Assembly: GCA_963806185.1 (NCBI GenBank)
Contig: CAWDXE010000004.1
Coordinates: forward strand, 288,001 to 352,000
DNA from: an uncultured candidate division Zixibacteria bacterium
GTDB taxonomy: Bacteria > Zixibacteria > MSB-5A5 > GN15 > FEB-12
Length of the DNA: 64,000 nt
Direction of reading: 5' to 3'
Below are positions 35,824-51,407 of the stretch, piece by piece. A program made the position numbers and the translations under genes. Numbering within the stretch: position 1 is the stretch's first letter; every line of letters starts with the position of its first letter. The notes under the pieces were generated by a model. The model did not search any database, was not told where the DNA came from, and was given only the letters and a program-made list of their open reading frames with translations.

Positions 35824-36294
35824 ATGTCGAGACGAATTTCGACCGAGAAGCGCGAGACGCAACCGGATTTCAAGTATGGCGATCGACTGATTTCGCAGTT
35901 TATCGCATGCATGATGCAATCGGGAAAGCGGTCCACGGCGGAGCGCATTCTGTATTCGGCCATCGGTTCCATGGAGAAGAAGTCCGGCCAGAGCGGCCTG
36001 GACATGTTTCATAAGGCGGTGAACAACGTGAAGCCGGTGCTCGAGGTCAAGTCTCGTCGCGTCGGTGGCGCCAACTACCAGGTGCCGGTTGAAGTCCGGG
36101 CCGACCGCCGTACTGCGCTGGCGATTCGCTGGATCCTGACCTATTCCAGTGCGCGCAGCGAGAAGTCGATGGCGGACAAGCTGGCTGCGGAGTTTCTGTC
36201 GGCTGCCAACAACGAAGGCGCTTCAATTAAGAAGAAGGAGGATACTCACAAGATGGCTGAGGCCAATAAGGCCTTCGCGCATTTCAAATGGTAA
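35824..36294 (+). CDS. rpsG: Ribosomal protein S7
   Basis: SRRVGGANYQVP, HKMAEANKAFAHF. Confidence 0.97.
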   Translation: MSRRISTEKRETQPDFKYGDRLISQFIACMMQSGKRSTAERILYSAIGSMEKKSGQSGLDMFHKAVNNVKPVLEVKSRRVGGANYQVPVEVRADRRTALAIRWILTYSSARSEKSMADKLAAEFLSAANNEGASIKKKEDTHKMAEANKAFAHFKW

Positions 36295-36500
36295 CCACGT
36301 GTCGTTAGCGCGGTCGCAACCCTGCGACTGAAACCGCAACCTCAAGTATTCATAGGTATCCATTGCGCGCCAGTGTGTTTAGGTAACTGAGAAGACATTA
36401 GCCCCGCTCTCTTCCTACCCTGCTGATTGGAAAGATTCGGGCTGGCGCTTCTCACCGGCAACAGCACCACTTTCTTGTAAGTATCAGTTAGGGATTTTTT

Positions 36501-38598
<2,098 letters not shown>

Positions 38599-38620
38599 GT
38601 TAGAGGAGTCTGAGGTCGCG

Positions 38621-39834
<1,214 letters not shown>

Positions 39835-39858
39835 GCGAAAGGCGTACACGGGACGCAT

Positions 39859-40161
<303 letters not shown>

Positions 40162-40174
40162 TAGGACGGGTGTC

Positions 40175-40810
40175 ATGAAAGAGATACTGGGAAAGAAAAT
40201 TGGCATGACCCGCGTCTTTCGCGAGAACGGCGAAGCGGTTCCAGTGACGGTGATCGAAGCCGGTCCGTGTCCGGTGGTGGCCAAGCGCACCGCGGAAAAG
40301 CACGGGTACGCGGCGTATCAGGTCGGTTTTGGCGCGCGCACGAAAGAATCGCACGAACAAGCCGATGGCGGGAATTTTCGCCAAGGCGAATATGACCCGA
40401 CTCGCAATTCTTCGCGAGATCCGCTTTGACGAGAGCGATCTGGAGATCGGCGCTCTGCTCAAAGTGGAGATCTTCAAGGAGGGCGAGCAGGTCGATGTCA
40501 CCGGTATTTCGCGCGGTCTCGGCTTTGCCGGGTGTGATGAAGCGCCACAATTTCGGCGGCGGTCCGATGACCCACGGTCAGTCCGACCGCCAGCGCGCTC
40601 CCGGTTCAGTCGGCTCTTCGTCGTATCCGTCGCGCGTCTTCAAGGGCCATGCGCATGGCCGGCCGGATGGGCCGGGACAAGGTCACGACCCTGAATCTGG
40701 AGGTGGTCCGGGTGATGGAAGATCAGAATTTGCTGCTGGTGAAGGGTGCCGTTCCGGGGCATCGCGGTTCACTGGTGAAGGTTCGCACAACCAATCGCGG
40801 TCGGAAGTAG
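40175..40810 (+). CDS. rplC: Ribosomal protein L3 (frameshifted)
   Basis: [32 protein letters not shown]. Confidence 0.93.
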
Positions 40811-40814
40811 GTAG

Positions 40815-41454
40815 ATGACCATGACTGTGAAAGTTTACAATCAGGATGGCGCTGAGGTCGGCACCGTCGAGCTCAAGCCGGAAGTCTTCGGCATCGAGCC
40901 GAACGAGGCGGTGGTCCATCAGTACCTTGTCAACTATCCTCGCCCGTCAGCGTCAGGGAACGGCCAAGACGAAGACGCGCCACGAGGTGTCGCGGCGGCG
41001 GCAAGAAGCCGTGGCGTCAGAAGGGCACCGGTCGCGCTCGCGCCGGGTACGACCCGTTCGCCGCTGTGGCGTGGGCGGCGGCACGGTCTTCGGGCCGAAG
41101 CCGCGCAGCTATGGCTCGAACATGCCCAAGCAGATGAAGCGTCTGGCGATCCAATCGATCTTCTCCGACAAGGCGCGGAAGGAGCGGATCAGTCGTCGTC
41201 GATCGAGATCGAATTGGGCGAGATCAAGACCAAGAAGGTTGTCGACCATGCTCGTCCAAGCTCGAACTGAGCGGACAAGAAGTGCCTGATCCTCGATGAG
41301 GGGAAGAACGAGAAGTTGATGCTGTCGTGCCGCAATATTCCGACGGTGGCGTATCGCCGCGCCGCGCTGGCCAACGGCTACGAGCTGCTCAACGCCGATT
41401 ACCTGCTGCTGACCCAAGGCCGGGCTGGAGAAAGTGCAGGAGGTGTTCGCATGA
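40815..41454 (+). CDS. rplD: Ribosomal protein L4 (frameshifted)
   Basis: [28 protein letters not shown]. Confidence 0.92.
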
Positions 41455-41747
41455 AAGGTGATCCGCGTCAAATTATCAAGACGCATATTCAGACCGAACG
41501 CTCGACCATGCTGCAAAGAGCAGAATAACGAATATGTGTTCGAGGTCGACAAGCGCGCCGACAAGTACACCATCAAGGACGCGGTCGAAAAGGCGTTCAA
41601 GGTGAAAGTCGATTCGAGTTCGGACGATGATTGTCCCGGGCAAAGTGAAGCGCCTGGGCCGGTTCGAGGGGAAGACCCCGACCTGGAAAAAGGCGATCGT
41701 TCGTCTGAAGAAAGGCGCAGGTAATCTCGATCTTTGAGAATGTCTAA
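41451..41747 (+). CDS. rplW: Ribosomal protein L23 (frameshifted)
   Basis: YVFEVD, IKDAVEKAFKVKV, WKKAIVRL. Confidence 0.9.
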
Positions 41748-41763
41748 GCAAGGTGTATGACCT

Positions 41764-42599
41764 ATGGCTATTAAGAAATTTCGTCCGGTAACGCCCTCGC
41801 TGCGGTTTCGCACCGTCCCGACGTTTGAGGAAATCACGTCGACCATTCCGGAAAAGTCCCTGCTCGAGCCGCTGCGCAAGAGCGGCGGTCGCAACAACAA
41901 GGGACGCGTGACGGCCTTTCAGCGCGGCGGCGGCCACAAGCGTTTTTACCGCATGGTCGATTTCAAGCGCGACAAGCGCGATATTCCGGCCCGCGTGGCG
42001 TCGATCGAATACGATCCGAACCGTTCGGCCCGTATCGCCCTGCTGCATTATGTCGACGGCGAGAAGCGCTACATCCTGGCGCCCCATGATCTCAAGGTCG
42101 AACGACATGATCATGTCCGGCGACGAAGCGGAGATCAAGCTCGGCAACGCCATGCCGTTGTCGCGCATGCCGCTTGGCACGAACGTGCACAACGTCGAGA
42201 TGCGCCCGGGCAAGGGCGGCGCAGATGGCGCGTTCGGCCGGTTCGATGGTCCAGGTGGTGGCCAAAGAAGGCGATAAAGTTACGTCTGAAGATGCCGTCA
42301 GGCGAAATGCGCACGGTGCCGGCCATCTGCTACGCGACGATCGGCCAGGTGTCGAATCTCGATCACAAGAATATCGTGCTCGGCAAGGCCGGGGCCTCGC
42401 GCTGGCGCGGCCGCCGTCCGTCGGTTCGCGGCGTGGCCATGAACCCGATCGATCACCCGATGGGTGGTGGTGAAGGCCGCACCTCGGGCGGTCGTCATCC
42501 CTGTGACCCCGTGGGGCAAGCCGACCAAGGGATACAAGACACGGTCGAAGCGGAAATCGCTCGACGCATCTGGTTGAAGATCGTCGGAAGAAGAAATAA
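41764..42599 (+). CDS. rplB: Ribosomal protein L2 (frameshifted)
   Basis: [39 protein letters not shown]. Confidence 0.96.
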
Positions 42600-42617
42600 A
42601 TCGGAGTGAGTAATGAT

Positions 42618-42912
42618 ATGCCCCGTTCACTGAAAAAAGGTCCGTTCATTGATGACCATCTGCTGCAAGAAGGTGGAGACGCTGAATGCCGCGGCGACAA
42701 GAAGGTCATCAAGACCTGGTCGCGGCGCTCGACGATCAGTCCGGAATTTGTCGGGCACACCTTCGCCGTCCACAACGGGAACAAGTTCATTCCGATTTAC
42801 GTGTCGGAGAACATGGTCGGGCACAAGCTGGGTGAGTTTGCGCCGACGCGGACGTTCCGGGGTCATCGGGGGCAAAGTCGTCGAGCGGACCTCGGCAGTG
42901 AAAGGCGCGTAA
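42618..42912 (+). CDS. rpsS: Ribosomal protein S19 (frameshifted)
   Basis: [28 protein letters not shown]. Confidence 0.95.
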
Positions 42913-42920
42913 GGAGAGGT

Positions 42921-43443
42921 ATGCCGGTTCAAGCAACAGCTCGTCTGAGATACGTCAGTATCCCGCCGCGCAAGATGCGCCTGGTCGCTGACCTGGTTCG
43001 AAGGCATGCCGATCGAGAAGGCGCTGGATATTCTGAATTTTACGCCGCGTATCGCGGCGTATCACCATGGCCAAGACGCTGAAGTCGGCGGCGGCCAACG
43101 CGCTTTCGCTGGAAGGTACCGATCACCTGCATCCGGAAGACCTGTTTGTCAAGAACGGTCACGGTCGATCCCGGCCCGTCGGCCAAGCGGATTCGCTTCC
43201 AGTCGATGGGACGCGTGTTTCGGTATCGCAAGCACCATCTGTCATCTGACGGTGGTTCTGCAGGAACGTCCGACGAAGAAGGTAGCTCCGGCGGCGGCGG
43301 GCAAGCCGGGTGAGAGCCGCCACGGCCAAGGCCGCCCCGGTCGACGGAAGACGAAAGCCGCCCCGAAGAAGACGACGGCCAAGAAGACCACGAAGAAGGC
43401 GACTTCGACCGAAGGAGACCAAGACTCCGGCGAAGAAGAGTAA
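42921..43443 (+). CDS. rplV: Ribosomal protein L22 with K/A/T-rich C-terminal extension (frameshifted)
   Basis: [22 protein letters not shown]. Confidence 0.9.
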
Positions 43444-43460
43444 GACTAAGGAGTAATGGT

Positions 43461-44384
43461 TTGGGACAGAAGACCAATCCGATCGGTTTGCGCCTCGGGA
43501 TCATCAGGTCCTGGAACAGCCGGTGGTATGCTCCGCATCGCATGATTGCGGATCTGGTGCACGAAGATCATGCTGATCAAGCGCTACATCAACCGGCGTC
43601 TGGACAATGCGGGTATTTCGAATGTCTAGATCTCCCGCGCCCCGAAGAAAGTTACGGTGGATATTCTCACCGCCCGCCCCGGTATCGTTATCGGTCGTCG
43701 CGGCGCCGAAGTGGACAAGCTGCGCGAAGAGCTGCAGCTGCTGACCAAGAAGGATATCCTGCTGAATATCGTCGAGGTGCGAAAACCGGAACTCGATGCC
43801 AAGCTGGTGGCCGACTCGATCGCCCGCCAGCTCGAGGGTCGCGTCTCGTTCCGCCGCGCCATGAAGAAGTCGCTGGCCGGCCACCATGAAGATGGGCGCC
43901 GAGGGCATTCAAGATTCAGTGCGGCGGACGTCTTGGCGGCGCTGAAATCGCCCGCACGGAGAAGTACTGGAAGGTCGCGTGCCGCTTCACACGTTGCGCG
44001 CTGATATCGATTATGCCCAATCGACCGCTCATCACCACCTATGGCTACGATCGGCGTCAAGGTCTGGATCTGCCGCGGTGAGAGTTCTCGAGGTTGGCCA
44101 GTTCAACCAGCCTGAGGAAGCCAAGCAGAGCGATGCCGCAGCCAGAGGGTCCGGCGCCGCAGCGCCGTCCGCGCGACGATGATCGTCGTGGCGGTCCCGG
44201 TGGCGCGTGGTCGGCGTCATCAGCGTCCGCGCGGGCGAGTTCGTCGGCGACGGTCCGGGTGGGCCGGCCCGATCGCAGGGTCAGGATAATCGCGAGGGCG
44301 GTACGCCGCCGCGGGCGACGTCGACCGGAGCGCCCGGCGCGTCCCGGAAGGATCAACGGGCGGTGAGCCCCGAAATCGGAGTAA
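43461..44384 (+). CDS. rpsC: Ribosomal protein S3 with long R/G-rich tail (frameshifted; end approximate)
   Basis: [45 protein letters not shown]. Confidence 0.92.
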
Positions 44385-44415
44385 GGCGTCCTGGAGTAAT
44401 GGAGTTAGATAGGAT

Positions 44416-44843
<428 letters not shown>

Positions 44844-44845
44844 CG

Positions 44846-45098
44846 ATGAAGATGACGACCATTACGGGAAATGACACGCGACGGAGTTGATCAGCAAGCG
44901 CAACGACCTTCAGGACGAATTGTTCAACCTGAAGATGCGCAAGTCGATCAAGCCGCTGGAGAATCCGCTGCGCTTGCGCACGATTCGGCCGGGAGATCGG
45001 TCAGATCATGACGATCCTGAGCGAGGACGACAAGGGCCTCCGCAGACTCGCGGAAAGCAAGACCATCCATCCTGGGCGAGACGCACAAGAAGAAGTAA
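44846..45098 (+). CDS. rpmC: Ribosomal protein L29 with C-terminal extension (frameshifted)
   Basis: ELFNLKM..LENP..R..R..I..I.T; position between rplP and rpsQ. Confidence 0.8.
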
Positions 45099-45119
45099 GG
45101 CATGTTACGGAGTTGACTG

Positions 45120-45387
45120 ATGGCTGAAACGCGCCGAACGAAATCGACGCAAGGTTCGTCTGGGACGGTGGTCTCGGACAAGATGAACAAGAGTATTGTC
45201 GTGCGGATCGATCGGACAATGAAGCACCCGCTGTATCAGAAGACCGGTGAAGACCTTCACCAAGTTGTACGCTCATGACGAGAAGAATGAGGCCCGGGTC
45301 GGCGATCTGGTGCGGGTGATGGAGACGCGGCCGCTGTCCAAGCTGAAACGCTGGCGGCTGGTGGAAATCGTGGAGAAGGCGAAGTAG
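45120..45387 (+). CDS. rpsQ: Ribosomal protein S17 (frameshifted)
   Basis: [30 protein letters not shown]. Confidence 0.92.
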
Positions 45388-45422
45388 GCACTCCCGCGGC
45401 GCGGCGAGAAAGGCAGAGAGAT

Positions 45423-45788
45423 ATGATTCAGGAATTCACGGTACTGTCGGTGGCCGACAATTCGGGCGCCAAGCGCGCGATGTGTTTCCGCATTCTCGGC
45501 AGTCGGAAGAAATACGCCTCGATCGGCGACATCATCGTGGTGGCGGTCAAGGAAGCGATTCCCGGCGGCACCGTGAAGAAGTCCGAAGTGTGCAAGGCGG
45601 TCGTGGTGCGGACGACGACGGAAGTGCGTCGCAAAGACGGTTCTCTGATCCGGTTTTCGGACAACGCGGCGGTCATCATCAACGATCAGAAGGAACCGCG
45701 CGGAACGCGTATTTTCGGCCCGGTGGCCCGCGAACTGCGCGACAAGCAGTTCATGAAAATCGTTTCCCTGGCGCCGGAAGTGATCTGA
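45423..45788 (+). CDS. rplN: Ribosomal protein L14
   Basis: [26 protein letters not shown]. Confidence 0.97.
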   Translation: MIQEFTVLSVADNSGAKRAMCFRILGSRKKYASIGDIIVVAVKEAIPGGTVKKSEVCKAVVVRTTTEVRRKDGSLIRFSDNAAVIINDQKEPRGTRIFGPVARELRDKQFMKIVSLAPEVI

Positions 45789-45806
45789 CGGAGGATTCTG
45801 AAGAAT

Positions 45807-46133
45807 ATGCGCATCAGAAAGGGTGACACCGTACTCGTGATCGACCGGCAGGACAAGGGCAAGACCGGCCGGGTGCTGTGGGTCGATACCGACAAGAACC
45901 GTGTGCTCGTCGAAGGGATCAACAAGAGGAAGAAACATCAGCGGCCGACCCAGAAGAATCCCAAGGGCGGTATCGTGACGATGGAAACGGCGGTTCACAT
46001 CAGCAATGTGGCGCTGTTTGTGAACGTTGACGGCAAGCACGAAGCCGACCCGGATCACGCACGAAGGTGATCGCACGAAGATGGTCGCAAGACGCGGGTC
46101 CGGATCGCTAAGGTGACCGGCGAGCAGATCTGA
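45807..46133 (+). CDS. rplX: Ribosomal protein L24 (frameshifted near the end)
   Basis: IRKGDTV, DKGKTG, VEGIN, HISNV. Confidence 0.93.
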
Positions 46134-46147
46134 AGGGCGATGCGATT

Positions 46148-46691
46148 ATGACCAGATTGAAGGAAAAGTACTGACCAGGAAGTGGTGCCGAAGCTGATGA
46201 AGCAGAATAATTACCGTTCCGTCATGCAGGTGCCGCGGATCACCAAGATCACGGTCAATATGGGCCTCGGTGAAGCGACGCAGAACGCCAAGGTGCTGGA
46301 CGTGGCGGCCGGAGATCTGTCGACGATCACCGGCCAGAAGGCCGTTGATCACCAAGGCGCGCAAGAGCATCTCGAATTTCAAACTGCGCCAGGGTTCGGG
46401 TATCGGCTGCGATGGTCACGCTGCGCCGCGAGCGCATGTACGAGTTTCTTGATCGTCTGATCAACGTCGCCATGCCGCGCATTCGCGATTTCCGCGGCGT
46501 CAGCCCGAAGTCATTTGACGGTCGCGGCAATTACAATCTGGGCTTGCGCGAGCAGTTGATCTTTCCGGAAATCGACTACGATAAAATTGACAAAGTTCGC
46601 GGGATGACCATATCCATTACCACCACGGCGCAGGACCGATGATGAGGCCCGCCAGTTGCTGGCCGAAATGGGCATGCCGTTCCGTAAGTAG
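46148..46691 (+). CDS. rplE: Ribosomal protein L5 (frameshifted)
   Basis: [36 protein letters not shown]. Confidence 0.94.
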
Positions 46692-46698
46692 GAGATCG

Positions 46699-46885
46699 AT
46701 GGCCAAGAAGTGTTTGATTGAGAAGCAGAAGACGCACGCCGAAGTTTGCGGTGCGTAAGTACAGCCGCTGCCGCCGCTGCGGGCGGCCGCACGCCTACCT
46801 GCGCCGCTTCGGTCTCTGCCGTATTTGTTTTCGGCAGATGGCCCTCGCCGGCGATTTGCCGGGTGTGGTGAAGGCCAGTTGGTAA
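46699..46885 (+). CDS. rpsN: Ribosomal protein S14, short zinc-binding type Z (one frameshift)
   Basis: [37 protein letters not shown] read by hand. Confidence 0.92.
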
Positions 46886-46918
46886 GAATATTCGCATCGC
46901 GTTTGGGAGTAGTGTAGC

Positions 46919-47319
46919 ATGAGCATGACAGATCCGATCGCTGATCTGTTGACCCGGATTCGCAACGCGTCGAAAGCCAAGAAACCGGCGGTCGACGTTC
47001 CGGCGTCCAAGGTAAAGCGACAGATCATTGAGATCCTCAGGGAAACAATTTCGTTCGCGATATCGTCGAACTGCCCGACAACAAGCAGGGCATCCTCCGG
47101 GTTTACCTGCGGTACAGTCAGGGAGACGTTCCGATCATCAAGGGACTGGAACGGATGTCGTCGCCCGGATTGCACAAATATCTGGATGCCGAGCAGGTTC
47201 GTCTGACGACGTTCAATACGCGCGGTATCGCAATCATCTCGACCTCGTCGGGGATCATGACCAACTTCGAAGCCGCCAAACGTCGAATCGGCGGCGAGAT
47301 CATGCTGAGATGCTGGTAA
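46919..47319 (+). CDS. rpsH: Ribosomal protein S8 (frameshifted)
   Basis: [32 protein letters not shown]. Confidence 0.93.
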
Positions 47320-47331
47320 GGTAGGAACGAT

Positions 47332-47871
47332 ATGTCGCGCGTAGGCAAAAAACCGGTACCCATTCCGGATAAGACGAAGGTGCAAATCAACGGTCGGCAC
47401 GTGACCGTCACCGGCCCCAAGGGCACACTGCAGATGGATATACATCCGGATATGACAGTGGCCATGGAGCACAACACGGTGGTAGTGACGCGGCCGACGG
47501 ACGAGAAAAAGCATCGTGCCCTGCACGGTCTGACCCGCGCCCTGGTCGCCAACATGGTGACGGGTGTAAACGAGGGATACAAGCGAGAACTGGAAATGGT
47601 CGGCGTCGGGTACCGCGCGGAAATACGCGGCAAGTCGCTGGTATTGAGTCTGGGCTATTCCCATCCGATCGTGCTCCTGCCGCCGGCAGGAATACATATT
47701 ACGGTCGAGCCCAAAGAATCCAAGATTCGCGTCGAGGGCATCGATAAGGAACTGGTCGGCTCCACCGCGGCGAAGATTCGTTCGTTCCGCAAGCCGGAAC
47801 CCTACAAAGGCAAGGGTGTCCGGTATCTGGGTGAAGTCGTTCGCACCAAGGCCGGGAAGACCGCCGGTTGA
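47332..47871 (+). CDS. rplF: Ribosomal protein L6
   Basis: MSRVGKKP, GPKG, GVGYRA, RKPEPYKGKG. Confidence 0.97.
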   Translation: MSRVGKKPVPIPDKTKVQINGRHVTVTGPKGTLQMDIHPDMTVAMEHNTVVVTRPTDEKKHRALHGLTRALVANMVTGVNEGYKRELEMVGVGYRAEIRGKSLVLSLGYSHPIVLLPPAGIHITVEPKESKIRVEGIDKELVGSTAAKIRSFRKPEPYKGKGVRYLGEVVRTKAGKTAG

Positions 47872-47888
47872 GTTAAGGACTGCGTGCT

Positions 47889-48263
47889 ATGGCTGTTAAG
47901 ACTGTGGAAAGATTTCGTAAGGCCGAGCGCCGCCGTCGGCGGGTTCGCGCTAAAGTGTTTGGCACGACCGCGTGTCCGCGCCTGACCGTGTACAAGTCGC
48001 TCAATAACGTGATGGCGCAGATCGTCGACGACGAAAAGATGATCACGCTGGTCGGTGTGGCTTCCAATTCCAAGGCGATGGAAGGCGCGATTGACGACAA
48101 GGAGAACAAGACGGCCGCGGCCAAGAAGGTCGGGAAAAAGATCGCCGAGTTGGCCAAGGCCAAGGGGATCGAGAGCGTGGTGTTCGATCGCAACGTCAAT
48201 CGGTATCATGGCCGGGTAAAAGCGGTCGCCGACGGCGCGCGCGAAGGTGGATTGAAGTTCTAG
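47889..48263 (+). CDS. rplR: Ribosomal protein L18
   Basis: PRLTV, AQIVDD, VFDR...YHGRV.A.A..ARE.GL.F. Confidence 0.96.
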   Translation: MAVKTVERFRKAERRRRRVRAKVFGTTACPRLTVYKSLNNVMAQIVDDEKMITLVGVASNSKAMEGAIDDKENKTAAAKKVGKKIAELAKAKGIESVVFDRNVNRYHGRVKAVADGAREGGLKF

Positions 48264-48300
48264 GACGAGCAATTTTTCGATTTGGCAATAGAGGTAGCGA

Positions 48301-48783
48301 TTGGCGAAATTTGAAATGGACAACCTCGAGTTCGAGGAAAAAGTAATCTCGGTCAATCGAGTCGCCAAAGTGGTAAAGGGTGGACGTCGCTTCAGTTTTA
48401 CCGCTCTGGTAACGGTCGGTGATCGACGGGGCAAGGTCGGCATCGGTCTGGGCAAAGCCTCGGAAGTCTCCGATGCGATTCGTAAGGGGACCGAAGCCGC
48501 TCGTCGGAGCATGAAACCGGTCAACCTGGTCAATGGAACGATTCCGCACCGTATCGACGGTGAGTATGGCGCGACCAAAGTGGTCATGCGCCCGGCTTCG
48601 CCCGGTACCGGTGTGATTGCCGGCGGCGCCGTGCGCGCGGTACTGGAATCGCTGGGCGTACAGGACATTTTGACCAAAGTACTGGGCAGCCGCAATCCGA
48701 ACAACGTCGTCAAGGCGACGCTGGACGGTTTGACGAGTCTGCGCACCCGAGATCAGGAAGAAGCATTCAGACAGACCGTCTGA
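48301..48783 (+). CDS. rpsE: Ribosomal protein S5
   Basis: [23 protein letters not shown]. Confidence 0.97.
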   Translation: MAKFEMDNLEFEEKVISVNRVAKVVKGGRRFSFTALVTVGDRRGKVGIGLGKASEVSDAIRKGTEAARRSMKPVNLVNGTIPHRIDGEYGATKVVMRPASPGTGVIAGGAVRAVLESLGVQDILTKVLGSRNPNNVVKATLDGLTSLRTRDQEEAFRQTV

Positions 48784-48802
48784 TGCTCTGGTGAGGACAG
48801 AA

Positions 48803-48985
48803 ATGGCCAAAGTGAAAGTTACACAGACGCGCAGTACGATAGACTGCAATGAGCCGCAGAAGCGGACGATCAAGGCGCTTGGTCTGGGCAAAATCCGTCG
48901 AAGTGTCATACACGAAGATACGCCGCAGATTCGCGGCATGATCCGTGCCGTTATCCATCTGGTCAAGGTTGAACCGGTTGCGTAA
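48803..48985 (+). CDS. rpmD: Ribosomal protein L30
   Basis: TQTRSTI, ALGLGKI, TPQIRGMI. Confidence 0.93.
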   Translation: MAKVKVTQTRSTIDCNEPQKRTIKALGLGKIRRSVIHEDTPQIRGMIRAVIHLVKVEPVA

Positions 48986-49012
48986 TGGTTACGGGATGTT
49001 GAAAGGGAACCC

Positions 49013-49452
49013 ATGCAGCTTCACACGCTAAAACCAACACCTGGCTCCAAGAAAGACCGCAAACGGGTCGGGCGTGGCGCGGGCAGCGGTCGGGGCGAAA
49101 CGTCCGGGCGCGGCCATAAAGGCGCCGGGCGCGCAGCGGCTTCAAACGGAAAATCGGCCACGAAGGCGGGCAGATGCCGTTGCATCGTCGTCTGCCGAAA
49201 TTTGGCTTCACAAATATTTTCCGCCAGCCGGTCCAGGTCGTGAACGTGTCCGATCTGGCTCGCTGCAATGCGAATGAGATTACCACCGAGACGCTCCTGG
49301 CGGCCGGTTTGATTTCCCATGCCGCGGAGCCGGTCAAGATCCTCGGCAACGGTTCGGTTGACAAAGCTTACACGGTCAAGGCTGCCGCATTTTCCAAGTC
49401 GGCAATTCAGAAGATTGAAGCTGCCGGCGGAAAAACTGAGGTGCTTCAGTGA
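49013..49452 (+). CDS. rplO: Ribosomal protein L15 (frameshifted)
   Basis: [37 protein letters not shown]. Confidence 0.94.
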
Positions 49453-50760
49453 TAGAAACTTTCCGCTCCATATTCAAGGTGGAGGAGCTGCGGCGGCGCA
49501 TATTCTTTACGCTTGCCCTGCTCGTCGTATATCGCATCGGTGGCCATATTCCGACGCCCGGTGTCGACGGATCGATCATCGCGCAGTTTTTTAATCAGTC
49601 GCAGTCGATTTTCGGACTGCTCGATATGTTCGCCGGCGGTGCCTTCGCCAAGGCGACCATTTTCGCCATGGGTATCATGCCCTACATCTCCGCGTCGATT
49701 ATGCTCCAGTTGCTCGGCGCGGTGGTGCCCGTATCTGCAGCGTCTGCAGCGCGAAGGTGAAGAAGGGCGGCGCAAGATCACGCAGTACACGCGCTACCTG
49801 ACCGTGTTGATCGCGGCCCTGCAGGCCTGGGCGACGGCCGGATTTCTGATTTCGATCAATTTCAACGGCATGCAGGCCGTGCACATGGCGCCGAGCGCCT
49901 TTATTCCGCTCACGATGCTGACGTTCACCTGCGGCACGATCTTTATCATGTGGCTGGGTGAGCAGATCACCGAGCGTGGCATCGGCAACGGTATTTCGTT
50001 GATCATCTTCATCGGCATCATCGCGCGCTTCCCGGAAGCGATTATCGAGGAAGTCCAGTATGTGCTGGTCGGGACCCGTGAATTCTGGGTCGAACTGATC
50101 ATGGTCGCGGCGATGATCCTGGTGATCATGGCGGTCATCATGATGACGCGCGCTCAGCGCCGCATTCCGGTGCAGTACCCGCGCAAGGTGGTCGGACGTC
50201 GCGTGTTCGGCGGTGCGACGACGCACCTGCCGCTGTCGGTGAACTCGGCCGGCGTTATCCCGATCATTTTCGCGCAGTCGATCATGTTTCTCCCGTCGAC
50301 GGTCGCCCAGTTGTTTCCGACGACGGAATGGCTGCAGAATCTGGTCTCGATCGGTCTTCGCCCCGGCGGCTGGTGGTACAGCATCATTTACGGGCTGATC
50401 ATCGTTTTCTTCGCTTACTTCTATACCGCGATCGTTTTCAATCCGATTGAGATCGCGGATAATATGCGTAAGAACGGCGGGTTCATTCCCGGCATTCGCC
50501 CGGGGAAGAACACGGCGGATTATATTGAGAAAGTCCTCACCCGGATCACGCTTCCGGGTGCGCTGTTCTTCGCCGCGATCGCCATTCTTCCCTGGGTGCT
50601 GATCGGGCAGCTCAACGTTCAGTTCTTTTTCGGCGGCACGGGTCTGCTGATTGTTGTGGGTGTCGCCCTTGACACGCTGCAACAGATCGAGTCGCACCTC
50701 TTGATGCGTCATTATGACGGATTCCTGAAGAAGGGACGCATCAAAGGGAGATCGATGTAA
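49449..50760 (+). CDS. secY: Preprotein translocase SecY (one frameshift near 49728)
   Basis: GIMPYISASI, WLGEQIT..GIGNG.S, GVIPIIFA, FIPGIRPG, GGTGLLI. Confidence 0.96.
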
Positions 50761-51401
50761 TGAATTTGATTTTTCTCGGCCCGCCCGGATCAGGAAAAGG
50801 AACTCAGGCAAAGCGCCTGGCCGAGAAACTCGGCTTGGCGCATCTGTCCACCGGGGATGTCCTGCGGGAATCTGTTCGTCAGGGGACGGAGCTGGGCATC
50901 AAGGCCGAGGGGTATATGAAGCGGGGCGAGCTGGTCCCCGACAAGCTGATTATCGAATTGATCGAGAACCGGGTCAAGACCGGTGATCTCGAGGATGGGT
51001 TCATTCTGGACGGTTTTCCGCGCACCATTCCGCAGGCGCAGAGCCTTCAGACGATGTTTGCGGGAAACAATATTGTGCTCGACCGAGCGATACTGTTCCG
51101 CGTTTCGGACGAAGAGGTGGTGCGTCGCCTGTCCGGACGATGGTACTGCCCGCGCTGCAATTCGGGGTACAATTACCCGTCGCACATGCCCAAATCCGAG
51201 GGGCGGTGTGACAACGACGGGACGTCGCTGGCCCGTCGAGCTGACGATGAAGAAGGGGTGGTTCGAAACCGGCTGGAAGTCTACAAAAAGCAGACTCAGC
51301 CGATCGAGGACTACTATCGTAGTGAAGCGATTCTGACGGAAATCGAAGCCGAGGACTCGCCGGAAAGTGTTTTTCAGAAGCTCCTGCGGGTGGCCTCGTA
51401 G
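50760..51401 (+). CDS. adk: Adenylate kinase (zinc-type LID)
   Basis: GPPGSGKGTQ, STGD, LDGFPR, CPRC...CDND, R.DD. Confidence 0.96.
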   Translation: MNLIFLGPPGSGKGTQAKRLAEKLGLAHLSTGDVLRESVRQGTELGIKAEGYMKRGELVPDKLIIELIENRVKTGDLEDGFILDGFPRTIPQAQSLQTMFAGNNIVLDRAILFRVSDEEVVRRLSGRWYCPRCNSGYNYPSHMPKSEGRCDNDGTSLARRADDEEGVVRNRLEVYKKQTQPIEDYYRSEAILTEIEAEDSPESVFQKLLRVAS

Positions 51402-51407
51402 GAAACT

